Of a stretch of DNA of 64,000 nt, positions 49,371 through 62,436 are shown one piece after another. Each line of letters starts with the position of its first letter. Position 1 is the stretch's first letter. Source of the DNA: Phoronis australis. Its lineage: Eukaryota > Animalia > Phoronida. The translations under genes and the position numbers were made by a program. The DNA is taken from positions 124,001 through 188,000 of the forward strand of contig NMRA01000031.1 in NCBI GenBank assembly GCA_002633005.1. Reading direction: 5' to 3'. The notes beneath the pieces are model-generated. The model was not told where the DNA came from. It saw only the letters and a program-made list of their open reading frames with translations, and did not search any database.

Positions 49371-52210
49371 CCGTCTGTGTAGTATGCACGGTAACGGCAA
49401 GCCAACGATTCAGTTTTGAAGAACAAGCGTTCATTGCCCAATAGTATTGGAAACTAAAAACATCAAGAAAGTGCAAAGACATTCAACCTTTCAACAATGA
49501 GTTTAATTTTATTTATTTAAGGACTTAAACTTCTTTTTCGATCTACGGTTTGTGAATTTAAACCACTGATGTAGATCCTGAGTCAATAAACAATTTGTTG
49601 CCATTTGAACTGTGAGAACATTTGTGTACACTTTGTAGAGCTGTCCGACATTCATCAGTATCTTTGAGACATCTTTCAAATTAGACAATCGTTTAGTGTA
49701 GTTTGCAATTTGATGACCTTATGATAGATTGAAATTTCCCAGTGTCATCTTGCAACTAAGTTCAGTGAAGTATCGCCATTTCTTGCACGATTAGCTTGTA
49801 AATGTCAAAAGTCATCGTTCAATCAGTCGGTTTTCGTCGATGCATATAAATATGGAATCAGAAGCCAACAATCATTCCATGGGCAAAGCGTTTACTTTGA
49901 CTTAATGACTTAATTCCTTTTTGATCTGTTGTTTGTGAATTTAAGCAACACATCTTGTGCCTAATTCAAAAAGGAATGCATAAATTTTCATTTGAATTGT
50001 GAGTATATTTTTGGGAACTGTCCGAATTTCATCAATGTCTTTGACAGTTATTTTAGATAGGCAAAAATCGTATAAATGTAATTTACTGTTTGGGTATGGG
50101 ATTATAGAATTTTTCCAACTTCAGGCTGCAACTAAATTCACTGAAACATCACGAATTCTTACAAGATTAGCTTTTAATTGCAACAATAATCTATGAATGT
50201 CGATTTTCCTAGATACATAAACACGTAAATCAGAAACCAACGAGTTTGTTTATCAAAACGAAATGTTATATGCAATTTCCGTAGGCGTGCTTGCAGATTT
50301 TTGAGGGGTAACCATGAACGTGGGAGATGGGGCATTGGTATTAAGGTGCATCTTTGATCAATTCAGAGGTACCTATAACCGTTCACGAGTTAAACTTAAA
50401 CTCCAGAAACGCTGAAATTTGTATTATGATTGCGAGTACTTTGAGTACCCCCATTCGACGTGTAGGTCCCCACACGGTCATCACAAGTCGTAGTATCGTC
50501 AGCCTTTTCGACATGTGCGAATTCCTTACAAACAACTCCTTTGTAACGATCTTCAAAAGAAATACTATTCTTGTGATACTATGGGGTGAAAGTAACGTTA
50601 TGTTATAAATAACCGTCGGAAAACAGTCATTTTGTGTAATTCATAAACAGTGGTCTTCACGTTCTTCAAAATTCCACCTTTTCGATGGCGGTCAATCTTA
50701 TTGTATTTTTCACATTTTTGTTTTTTGGGTCGCATGTCTTGATACTGCTGCGTTGTGCACAAATGTTTTATGTTCATTTTGATGAATCTGGAATCTCAAG
50801 TTACCCTCGTGAATACTTGGCAATGTCAGTGGGATTTGCGTGTATAGAGGGACAAAGGGACAATTCCCCCGAACCACCCCACCGAGAGAGGGTCCCGTCT
50901 GAAATGGGATACATAAAGATGAAAGGCTAAACATCATTAACTGAAGGCTGGAAAAGAGTGACAGTTCATTCCATCGTCGTGTGACCCTGCCAAGAAAAGA
51001 CCTTCCTCAAAATGAAAGTCCGGTTGTTCGATATATAAAAAACAGGAAAATAGAGGTAATCGACGCCAACATTGAGCCCTCTCTCCGTGAGCGGTCCCTT
51101 AAGAATTTGTCATTAAAAACAGGAAAAGTGTGGCCACTTGAATGTCATCAATGGCCCCCTTGAAGGGCTGGGCCATTAAATGTGAAAATATATTCAAAGA
51201 CCAGGAATATCGCAGCAAATTGATTAATTGATGTTATCTGTCAGGTCATCAATTTTTCTCAAGTGATATACAATTTCGAGAAAGAAATAGAGCGACAGTC
51301 GCCTCCGTCATCCGTATACTTATGAGGAGCCCGGCTGGAAAAATGTCACATTAGTTTGCATTCGCAAGATTGTCTTATTGAATTTAAAAAAGTGTTCTCG
51401 ATTTTTCGAAATACAACCATGAATTATTAAGTGCACGTTTTCAAGTGCTTTAGACGACCTATACTGCAAAAACGGCCCTAACAATAATGTTCTGGCCAGG
51501 GCCCTCAAGTCAGTGCAACCATGCACTCACTGACGATCTTCTCTTCAATTGACTGAATTTTCTCCGTCTTACCGTATTCGCAGTCTTTTCTCGACTGTCC
51601 GCGGCTCCACGCTTATATGTCGGTTGCGACGGTATAGCCATGACACGTACAAATTTTGGGGGTCCGTGCCCCCCCCCCGCTTCCTACGGCCCTGCGGGTA
51701 GGCTATGCGGCTTTGACGGACTTTTTTATCCCCCGGAGAAATGTTGCGCCGGTTCACCTATTGGCCCTCATGCAAGTGTGCCTTTTGGTTTCAGAAGTGC
51801 AGCTTTCCCAAGAAATGAGTAGTTTATCTGCTTTAGTGTGCCGGTCGCCCCCAAAACCACCGCATTTATAGTAATCCGCAGCACGACTTGTCCGCGGCGG
51901 GGAAGCGGGCACGGCTATAGCCGCGGGGGCCGGGAATTGAAAAGCAAGCATTCGCATGAACCCTGCAATTTTCTCAGTAAGTTATCGAAGGCAAAAATAT
52001 GACGATTAGACGCCTGGCAGCACAAATTGGCTCAGCTTAAGTGCATTGTAGGCCTACCCAATACGATGCCCTGAGACACCCGCAATGAGTCTACTCCGCC
52101 GGAGTTCAGTCGACGCGGTCCCCGGCCGAGCAAGTCAAGTGTTTTGTCGCAGTGGCGCTGTCTGTCAAGATTGAACGAATCATCTTGTTATCGATCACTT
52201 TTGCCGGATC

Positions 52211-52236
52211 TGACGTGGTGTAGACTAAGATGGCGG
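52211..52236 (+). promoter_or_regulatory. UPRE-like TGACGTGG plus YY1-like AAGATGGCGG at the STT3B start
   Basis: Exact motifs at 52211-52218 and 52227-52236, downstream of a GC-rich region (about 51570-52260). Confidence 0.5.
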
Positions 52237-52402
52237 ACACCGGTGTGCGTAGTCAAGAGGTCCGCAATCCATTGTTGAATCCAGGCGGTGCAAAAAGTTT
52301 GATAATATTTTTCGTGCTTGCTCTAGCATGGCTGGCAGGTTTCAGTTCTCGTTTATTTGCTGTCATACGGTTTGAAAGCATCATTCACGAATTTGACCCT
52401 TG
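52230..52402 (+). CDS. STT3B: Oligosaccharyltransferase catalytic subunit STT3B, exon 1
   Basis: MADTG...LAWLAGFSSRLFAVIRFESIIHEFDPW; TG|GTGAGT donor, phase 2. Confidence 0.96.
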
Positions 52403-54677
52403 GTGAGTTGTGAGGGCAACAGAGATGTAGATTTTCATTGAAATTGACTGTCTCAGTCAGTACTCTAGTCTAAGTGTCTCACCAACCTACTGTGTGACTT
52501 TCACTTTCAATAGCCCTTTGCCTTAATCTTAGACGTTCGCAGCGTGTATGTGAGATCAAGGTGCCTACGCCGACGATTGCAAGCTCACTGTTTGAAAACA
52601 AAGCAGTGACATGAGTTCTTTTAAAGAAGGTGACCAATTTTCAACCTGCCCCTGCTGTCCTCTCTGGCTCAGGCAGGGATAAGAATGCATGCAGTTCACA
52701 ATATTTTGTGTTCCCAAATAGCATCAACAGATTAAGCGATTCCTTTTCAGCAAGAGCTGGGTTATTCCATTCCATATTTTCATAAAACGCAGTTCTCTTC
52801 AAAATTGGTGGAGTTGTTTGACAAGCGACACCAAGGTTTAATTATGCAAATCTGTTTTTGGTAATATTCAGAAAGCTAGGTCCCTGATTCAATAATGCCT
52901 GCTATTCAATGGGTGTAACTGGTTCTCAAATCACTTATAATCAGGGACCCACCTGATGCTGATGGGGGGGGGGGGGGGNTTTGCTGGTTTCGGAAGCTTT
53001 TCACTACAATTACCTAGTTTAGTTCAAATTTTCGGCTGTTGCAAGGTTTGGTGAACTCAGTTCCCATTTGATGATCTGAGTATTTTGCCTAGTCTTGTCT
53101 TGTCTTGTAATTCCCTGCGATTGTTTGGCGCAGCACCGTCTTGCAACGTAGTAATCTAGGGGTAGAAGTCCAAAACAAGCTGATCTCCAGGAATGGTCAT
53201 ATCACAGATACGTGGAGCTCATAGGAGCACTGCCTGTGGACAATTATAACGCACAGGATGGAGGATTTCGGAGCACAATAAGATAAAGATCCGGTTCCTG
53301 GTCAGTGGCACAATTCACGGCATTAATATGGCACAGATGCATTAATAATGATACGAAGCACAAAGCAAGTCACTGATCCATCTACAGCATCACTGATTTA
53401 AAATCCAGGACATCATTTCTGAGTTAATGTCACAATACATGTTGTCAGCGTCACAATATAGAGCTCAAACGAAGGTACGGTGTCAGTCCACAGCACTATT
53501 ATTTTTGGCGTACAAGGGCTCACTGGGGATTGTCACAGCGAATAATGTATAGGTACCAGCTACATTGTGTGATGCACAGCATAGGTCAGAGCCATCATAA
53601 GTAACAATCCAAGGAAATGCAATGATAATTAAACATTATGGATTTGAGTCGTAGAGACTAGTGGTGATGAAATGTTTGTCCATGAGTCAGTATCTCGTGT
53701 GTCCAAGATACCGTTGCACCACAGTGTCCGTCAGTATAGTTGCATTTGGCAACTTCATGCCATGCTTACTAGTAGTGTCAGGTAGCTGTATGGAGACTGT
53801 CGTCAAAATACAGCTAGGTGCTACCATGTGGTGAAAAACAATCTAATAAACGTAATTTTTTTTGCGTAATTCTATGTAACGAATTGCTGTTAACTCATAG
53901 ATTTCAACTAATAAAACATCCTTTTATTATATCATGACCTCATGGTCTCAGACAGGAAGTTGATGACAACAGGAAGTAGCTCTGACTAAACTATCATTAC
54001 GACTTAAGTCCAACAATCCGAATAAAATGTGTAATCGAACATCACGTCACATTCTGTGCCTTTCGTAACAAAGAAAAGTCTGTTGACGTTTTGAAAACGG
54101 TACGCTCGTGACACGCGCACGCGCCATGTCCTAAAATTTTGTGACATCTCTTGGGAGATGATGACAGCTTTGCAGCAGTAAAATTTGTTCTGAAATTCTG
54201 TGTGCTGATCATATTAAAATACTTGTAATGAAACGAATCCCATTCTGATAATTTGTTGTGACATGTACGCAACCTCGTGGAAGAGAACTGTTCATTGAAA
54301 AATTAGGGAAAAAGAAACTGGTCAATACAGGCGACACAATATTTCATGGCGTCGAAATTTTAGCAACATAATAACCATAGAATGCTAATTTTTCCAACAC
54401 CGGTAAATAATTGAGTTTACTCAAGGAAGAGAGTAGTTTTTAATGACACTAATTTTGTGTCATTTTTACAGGCATCGGTGCACAGTTGTATATTCAGTAT
54501 ATAGCTTTACACCAAGGCTACGTCGAGTTGTACATGTGATGGCCGTTTTCCTTGTGATGTGGCAAAGTGTGCCATTCTACTGCCTCATAGTTAAACAAGT
54601 TGATGGAGTTTTAGGGAAAAGGTTGCTGACATGAACAGTTTGTTCTAGAATGGTTTCCAAAAGAGTTCCGTACACTA

Positions 54678-54738
54678 CTTGAACATGATGGCTATGTCTT
54701 GAACATGATGGCTATGTCTTGAACATGATGGCTATGTC
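54678..54738. repeat. 20-bp minisatellite, 3 perfect copies (CTTGAACATGATGGCTATGT)
   Basis: Direct observation. Confidence 0.97.
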
Positions 54739-55597
54739 AAGTGTAAACTGAATGGTTTGGTTGGCAAATTCTGATTACTGAGCTTAATTTGTTATCAGTT
54801 ATCAAAAAATTCTACCCGTGGGCGATTAGAACGATTTTAATACCTGAAAAGTAGTAGTTTTATCATTTTTGAATAGTTTCAAGATATGAGCATTGCAAGT
54901 TCACCGGGTACTCTAATTCAGTGCAAACTTTGTTAAAGTCATAAATTGGAATTTAGGAGTTCATTGGTCCAAAAAAAATTGATATTTGTATAAACCTTGT
55001 TGTGTCTAACAGTTCCCCCAATTTTGAGGAGAACCTTGCAAAACAACGGATTTTTGTGGAAAATCTGATTTAGATAATTACCTAGCTTGCAAAGGCTAGT
55101 ATCCTATTAAGAAATATTGTGTAACGCATAATTTTTGAAAATTAGCATTTTCAATTCATTTCCTTTGTTAGTTTGTGACATGTTGAAACTAATTGTCTGC
55201 TGAGACTGCAAGTAGGACACAATAGCATTACCCTACTCTATAGCCTTGCTGTAAATCTGTATAAGTATACAGCTTTGCACCGTTGTGGATGAAAACTGGC
55301 CAAATAAAATCTGACAAAATTAATGTCATTAAAAACTGCAGGCTTCCTTTCAAGTGAACTAAATTAGTTACCGTAAAAATCTCCATTCTGCCGTTATTCT
55401 ACTGCTAAATTAGTGCGTCGGCTTTCACCACCATCGAAGACAGCTTTACCTATCGACCAATTTTCTTTTCACCGATTTTGCAATCAGCTGCTCTTCTTTC
55501 ACAAGGTTAAGTACATGTCTGAGCAATTATCTGAATTGTTTTCACTTTGTTAATTAAGTCGAGATGAGACAGAAATGTTATAACATTATTTATCTAG

Positions 55598-55706
55598 GTT
55601 CAACTATAGATCTACACACTATATGGTGACACATGGCTTCTACAACTTTCTCAACTGGTTTGATGAAAGGGCATGGTACCCACTTGGTCGAATTGTGGGT
55701 GGAACG
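55598..55706 (+). CDS. STT3B: STT3B exon 2
   Basis: [36 protein letters not shown] (B-type residues RST, DER, IVGG); AG/GT flanks; phase 2 in, phase 0 out. Confidence 0.97.
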
Positions 55707-56965
55707 GTAAGGATGTGAGCAATCAGGTATTCCTTGGTGCATCAAGTCATCATGTCCTTAAATTGATTCTGAGATTGATTTTCAGTAGTTTTGTTTGCAT
55801 GTCCAGTCGAACATAGATGTTACAGCCGCATTACGGCCATTGAAGATGGGGGTGTGGCTCAGATGTGATACAGATTGATGTGGGTTTCAACATGGTATTG
55901 TGGCAGAATATTTAATTGCCCATTACAAATATGTCTAGTTTAGTTTCAACTCCAGACAGAAGTCCACATGTGCGCATGGCTTTGTTTTGCGTCATGAGTT
56001 ATGCAACAATTATATACCAGGATGAAGAAAATATTTGTTTGAGTGTACAATATTGTAATTTACTTGTACCAGTGTTTTTATAGTGTCATCGCTATTACAG
56101 TAATTGCTCTGTTCCACTCAAAAGGATTTTAGGACACAGCTCATTATGAGGAAAATTGATGATACCAGTGGTTTTTGACGAAGTACAAGCTGTCTCATGA
56201 AATTTCTAATGCATTTATTCCCTTTAAGAGTGCTTGAGTACCAGTTATGTGATTGATGGCTAGTTAAATGTGACGAATTTCATAGATAAAATAAAAGTAA
56301 TTACGTCTACTGCCTTGCTGCTTGTGTTGCATGACGCTTTCCATTGAGAAAATGAATAAATGGAACCATCTTGGATGGCTAGCCAAAGAAATATTTTCAG
56401 TCCATTGAGTGTGGCCTAATGGTTATTTCATACAGTGTTGACTAAAGGACCAGTCCTAGTTAAACTCTGTAAAACACAGCATGCGGAGACAAGTGCTTAG
56501 TTCCCATGTCAGTTATAAAGTAGCTTAGAGTAATTCATAACCAATGAGTCATAGTGGCCTTTTTGTTCTTGAATGTCTGTAAGTTGAAACAAAGAATTGA
56601 CCAAACCCTCAGAGATCTAGTATTATTTTTGTAATGAGAAATGCTTTGAATTTGGCTTGGGAATGGAATGTATGACGCCACTATCAATTTGCAATAAAAA
56701 CTGTCTTGTTGCAACCTGCTGAAAATTTGAACATAAATTGTTATATCTTACTTGTAGATCACATGCAACTCACAGATATTATAGATATTGTCTTTTTTAT
56801 GATTTCACCTTCACTGTAAAAAGCCCGCAAATGAATAATTCCTACACCATGAGAAATCTAATGCATCCTAGTTTGGCACTGGTACTGTTGAACTTCAGTT
56901 TTAGCTGGTGTTAAAATATTTCACTAGAATTGTCGTTGTTCTTAATGACTAGTAATCCGTCACAG

Positions 56966-57075
56966 GTGTATCCAGGCTTGATGGTGACATCTGGGTCCAT
57001 CCACTGGCTGCTCAGTCTTCTCAATATACCTGTACACATCCGTGACATCTGTGTGTTTCTTGCTCCCATGTTCAG
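56966..57075 (+). CDS. STT3B: STT3B exon 3
   Basis: VYPGLMVTSGSIHWLLSLLNIPVHIRDICVFLAPMFS; CACAG acceptor and AG|GTGAG donor. Confidence 0.97.
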
Positions 57076-58589
57076 GTGAGGCATGTAAGCTTTGTTGACA
57101 AGTCGTCCGTCAGATGATAGTTGTGGCTACTTGTTGCTTCGTGTGTTTAGCTGAGTGATGATCAACTGTGGTCTAGAAATTAAGTCTTAGAGCAATTGGA
57201 TGGGAATTTTTTCAAAAGTCTTAAGCAAGGAAGGACATTTTTGGTTTTAAAAGTACTTTATTTTATACACCGTATTTTTACAACATCCCAGTTGTAATAC
57301 AAGGCCAGTGGAAGATCAAACTGGCTCTGCGGAGTCAAGGTTCCTCAATCTCCTCACTGAAGCCTTTGAGTAAGCTATAATCAGCTGAAGCCAGAATTGT
57401 CTTCAACTGTACATGTGTTAGAGAAAGTATATCTAGCGGCAACGTTCACAAATATTGAATCCCTAGTTTTCAGATATCTCGATTTGTTTGAAAATTACAA
57501 CTACTGCACTGTACAAGTCTCTTAAAGCCACTAATGACTTTGTTCTAGTATTGAAACTAGAGTAAGTACTCGGCCAGTAGCACATGATGGTGGCAGATGT
57601 TTATTATAGACGATTGATACGAGATGTGAACTAGATACTTTCAGTAGTGCGTAACAGTGGTGGAGAAGTAGTTCTTCATTTTTTAATGTCTCGAGAGAGA
57701 CAATTTCCTCGCTTGTGTTGAGTTATTCATGGCCAGTTGTTCAACACGGGTTTGGTGTGTAGCCAGTAGGAATACATGAAAGTTAAAATACTGACAGTTG
57801 CTGAAACACAAACAATGAGTTTTAAGTGGAAAAGACTAGTCATGCATATGCTATAGACTGCAATGTCTTATTCACTGTAGTCTAAATAAGTCTTCTTGTT
57901 ACGTATAGCTGTGGTATTCACGTAGCTATTGGCTTACAAACTCCAACTTCTCAATCGAGCTGTGAACCGTGGGATGTTTTCCATGAAACGTTCCCATGCT
58001 TCATAATTCATTGTTTAGCTCAAATTGATTTGTTTGTTTTTTATTTTGCATCTTGCATTGTTGATGTTGACAGTAGCTACAATGTGTTTAGACTTCATGA
58101 CATTGATGAATCTGATTTAGTGATAACTTATGCCTGCTTCATGCATCATGTGCTTTGTTGGAACTGAAACTATCACACAAAGATGAGAATTACATATCCC
58201 TAGTCTGGCTTATCATGCAGAGAATTTTGCTTTTAAAAATGATGCCTCATACTTAAGTTTAGTCGAGTGGAAATGGTTTTGAAGATAGTAAATTTGCTTA
58301 TTGCATTTCTTTAAAGTGGCAATAAATTCATGCTCTCTGGCAAAAAACTGGTTTTGGTTTGTCCGCTTACCATTTTTATAGTTGAACTCAAATTGTTCCT
58401 TAGTCAAATTCGAAGGGATTTCGGATGTTCAGAAGAATGGATACCGGACCGTTTATTATTGCTTGAAACCATGTCATGTGTACTGAAATTTTGTGAACTT
58501 GATAATGATTTAAAGAAATGTGGAAGTTTCAATTGTTGCCGAGCCCAGAGATCAGTTCTATACCGAGTCAGAATAAGATAAGACTAAGT

Positions 58590-58669
58590 ATTTGTATAAT
58601 GGTAAGTGCATTTGTATAATGGTAAGTCGATTTGTATAATGGTAAGTGGATTTGTATAATGGCAAGTGG
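58590..58669. repeat. 20-bp minisatellite, 4 copies (ATTTGTATAATGGTAAGTGN)
   Basis: Direct observation; copies differ at 1-2 positions. Confidence 0.97.
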
Positions 58670-58759
58670 TCTAAATCTCTCAGAACTTTTTTTTTTTAAA
58701 GAAAGCACGGGTTTAATGATGCTTTAAATGAAGCTTTGACATTGAATTCTTTATTCCAG

Positions 58760-58848
58760 TGGGCTAACTGCAATTTCCACGTACTTCCTGACTAAGGAAT
58801 TATGGGATAGCGGTGCAGGATTATTTGCAGCCTGCTTTATTGCTATTG
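58760..58848 (+). CDS. STT3B: STT3B exon 4
   Basis: GLTAISTYFLTKELWDSGAGLFAACFIAI; TTCCAG acceptor and G|GTAAGT donor. Confidence 0.97.
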
Positions 58849-60589
58849 GTAAGTGAGGTCAATAGAATTATTATAAATATGAATTAATAGTAAAATAACT
58901 CGAGCTTCGGGAAATCTCACAGATTAACCATTGTTTCGTAGGCAAAATAATGCTTTTTGGTAAAAATTAAAACTGCAAGGTTCCTGAATTTTAGGATGTG
59001 TGACAAACTGATGTTTCGTTGGATATTAGGTCATTAGTTATTTTTTGCCACAGTGATACGTTCAAAGTACAAAATTGGTAACTGGCTTAAAACCATTCCT
59101 TGAAAATAGGAAGTAATAGAACAAAACGTTTTGTTTCAAGTTCTGCACAACAAACATGGGCTTATAGATGAAATGCTACGTTTTCAAAAAAAGTTCGAAA
59201 TAGTAAACATTCCTGAGTAAGACCCTGCTTGAACATAACCTCATAGGTTTATGTGTGAGAATTTATAGTGCATTTGTTGTCCATGTAGATTTGGTGCAAG
59301 CCTGCTGTTAAATTGTTTATAGTGATTCTAAATAAGATAGGATTTCAATTTTCAATTCTGCAATGAGTGGCCATAGTTTTATGTACAAAATGATGTTGAA
59401 GTTGTTACTGTCAAAATGTCAATGAAGTTCAAGTAGGTATGCCAAGACTTAAGTGCTTTTCTAGCTTAACTACTGAATTTCATTTCCTTTATTAAATATT
59501 TAATATTCGGTGTGATGTGGAATGGTCCAGTTTTCCAATGAACTCCATGATCATTTTCTTAAAAGTAGATTGCATTCCATTTTCACATCGGCAAAATTCT
59601 CTGAAGCTTTGTTTTGAAAGCATTCTACAATTTTGCATTCGCGATCTTTGGTAGGTGGCCAGTACAGAGGTTGTTTTCATAAAATCCTCACTGTGCATGC
59701 CTCTTTGTTGGTGATGGGATGGTAGTTGTAATCACCCTGCATCAATGTTTGAATAACTTTTAAAATGGTTTCTTTCTTATGGCTTAACAACTCAGTGAAC
59801 TTCAGAGTGCTGTGTTGTTTTTACAAGAATGACTACGTTTATTTCAGTTTGTTCTACCACATGATTACAAAATGTGCATAAAATTATGGCCTTTTATTGT
59901 GAAGATTTTCGAACCGTCAGTTTCATTTGTAGACTATAGTACATAGACCGCCTACTCCGTATATTTTCAATGGACAAAATCTGTGATCTTGCGCATAAGC
60001 CGCAACATCACTATTCACTAGCAAAACTGCAAAATCGGTCGGTTTTACTTCTGGCAAATACGTTGTCTGCTAATCACAGTCAAATTAGTGCGCTTTTGTA
60101 ATTTTCTCAGTACATGAGTCACGAATACCAAACTGTTCTGAGTAACTATACGCTGCTATGTGCAAGCAGACGACAAAATCGGTTGGCACTCAAGTTTGAA
60201 TTTTGCAGTTACACGACAAGTAGCATTGCCAAAAGTACTCACGATACCAAGAATTATTTTAAGACTTTGAACAACGTTTCAATGCTGAAAAAAATTTTTC
60301 ATTGTACCAGACAGTAAAATAGACGCAAGAATTTCCCCGTCACAATACACTAACCGGAAGCTGAGTTTGGCAATTTAGGAGAGTGGCGCCTCCTGTAGGA
60401 TATTTCGTAAGATAATGTCGCAGTTGCGAATATATTGTCTATAATCTATATTTACATGTATTGCATGTATTCATCCTGCTGCGTAGCCTAGTGCTTCGCT
60501 ACTGCTGTGAGCCATTCATGGTTGGCTTCTTGTTTCATTATACCAAATTTTTATTAACAGTTAATGAGTGCTGTGTTTCCTGTTTTCAG

Positions 60590-60678
60590 TGCCTGGTTAT
60601 ATCAGCCGGTCTGTGGCTGGGAGCTATGACAATGAGGGTATTGCAATTTTTGCATTGATGTTCACATATTTTCTATGG
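60590..60678 (+). CDS. STT3B: STT3B exon 5
   Basis: [30 protein letters not shown] (DxE motif); TTTTCAG acceptor and GG|GTAAG donor. Confidence 0.97.
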
Positions 60679-60708
60679 GTAAGCACTGATTACTTTAAAG
60701 CGACGTAG

Positions 60709-61590
60709 TTTTTATGCGCCCACATACACATAATTATGGGGGTGCATATTCCAGTCATCTCTGGGCGTTCGGCATCTGCTGTTGTATCTCCTAAACCACT
60801 CACAGAATCTTAATATGAGATGTGGCAGATGTGTTCCTACGAAGCTGACAAGAGGTGATGAGTTTCAGACCAATTCGATTACCACTTTGTCCTCTTGTGA
60901 CAATTTTATGTATATACATTTGCCCGTGTCTTAGGAGTTCCTTGATGGATTTTCATGAAATGTGTCAAATGGGTGTCTATTAAGGAGACAGCGACACCTT
61001 CCCATTTTCGAACGGATTTGATGTATTCTGCGCCACCCAGTGGCCATTTTTCAAATTTTTAAATCCGTTTTTGGCTTACGCCTTTGTATCCGCCAAACCA
61101 CTGGAGGAATCATGAAAATTGGCAGATGTGTTCCTGGTGAGACAGGTTCAACTACTCTAGCTCACTCAAGTGACGATTTTGTTTTTTGCGTCTGCGGCTG
61201 TCTTCTTAACCTTTGCAGGGTCTTTGGGAAATTTGGCTCATGTGTTCCCATGGAGGTGACAACAGATGACGATGGGTTTCAGACCATTCTGACTACCGTT
61301 GTACCCCCCCCCCCAGAGTTCACTGTTGGATTTTCATGAAATTTGGAAAATAGATTTCTATCAAGGAGACAACAATGCCCTTACATTGGCTGGCTGGTGG
61401 ATTCAATGTATTCTTCACCACTTAGTGGTCATTTTTATTATTTTGTTTCTCTTTATCTGCCAAACTGATCTTTTGGTTATTATGAAACTCGGTAAGTGTG
61501 TTGCCGATGTTGATTTTTGGAGTGTCATGTCACATGCTATGATTAATGCACTGTTGTCCAAAAAGCTTTTAGACTTTAGACTATTTTTTT
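60709..61590. mobile_element. Helentron/DINE-1-like non-autonomous element (tentative)
   Basis: Begins in a T run with hairpin ATGCGCCC...GGGTGCAT; two internal degenerate repeats (GGCAGATGTGTTCC...TTTCAGACCA...GGATTTTCATGAAAT...AAGGAGACA). Confidence 0.5.
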
Positions 61591-62370
61591 GAAATATTCC
61601 TCTTTTGCATGAGATCTATTAGAAAATAAGACTTTTGTGACTTGTTCAAAATTTACATCAAACAAAAATCAAACAATATTTTAGGATACTGTGACAGCAT
61701 TTTTGAGATTTCATCTTGACCATAAAGGTCAAAAGAAATTTGATCGTGTTATTGATACCATTGTTTTGGTATGAATATTTCTTTCTGTTGGAAACAAAAT
61801 TTTACTAAAAGGACGTGGTCAAGTGACACCGTTAATGGCAGAAAATTCAAAAATCAAAATCTATGGTGTGGCCATCATATGGCGTGTGATAAGGTTACAA
61901 AATCCTAGACTTGTTGATATGGTCTTACATAAACTTAATGAATGAGCCTCATAGTGGTCACCAATCAATTGTTAATGTTATCAATTCTTGCAATAATATC
62001 CCTACTAAAGTTGCATTATTATTGAATGGTAGTCTTAACTTTGACGTCGTTCTCCATGAATTCCTCCTAAGCAACATTAGCAAATTTTTATGTACCGTTT
62101 ATCAATATTGCTGCTTCTGATTTCCATACATGAATCTGTACATGTTTTTGTTTTTATGTATTCGCAATAGCATATCTAAATAAATGTATATACCTCTATG
62201 TATATTTGTTTCATTTATGAATTGTTTACAACCCAGATATATTGCTTCGCGATTTCTAGGTTTTTCATCATTTCTTTGTATGTCTTGTGTATTCTTCAAT
62301 AAATATATATACTTTAAAAACAAAACTAGTGGTCATAGTATATTGACACTATTCTTGACTTCTATTTCAG

Positions 62371-62436
62371 ATTAAAGCAGTTAAAAGCGGTACTTTGTTT
62401 TGGGGAGCCTGTACAGCACTATCTTATTTTTATATG
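62371..62436 (+). CDS. STT3B: STT3B exon 6 (gene continues beyond the window)
   Basis: IKAVKSGTLFWGACTALSYFYM; TTTCAG acceptor and ATG|GTAGGT donor; phase 0-0. Confidence 0.96.

Noticed and set aside
54678-58669. The two 20-bp repeat arrays as CRISPR arrays
   Set aside because: Contiguous tandem repeats with no spacers, no cas genes and a eukaryotic intron context.
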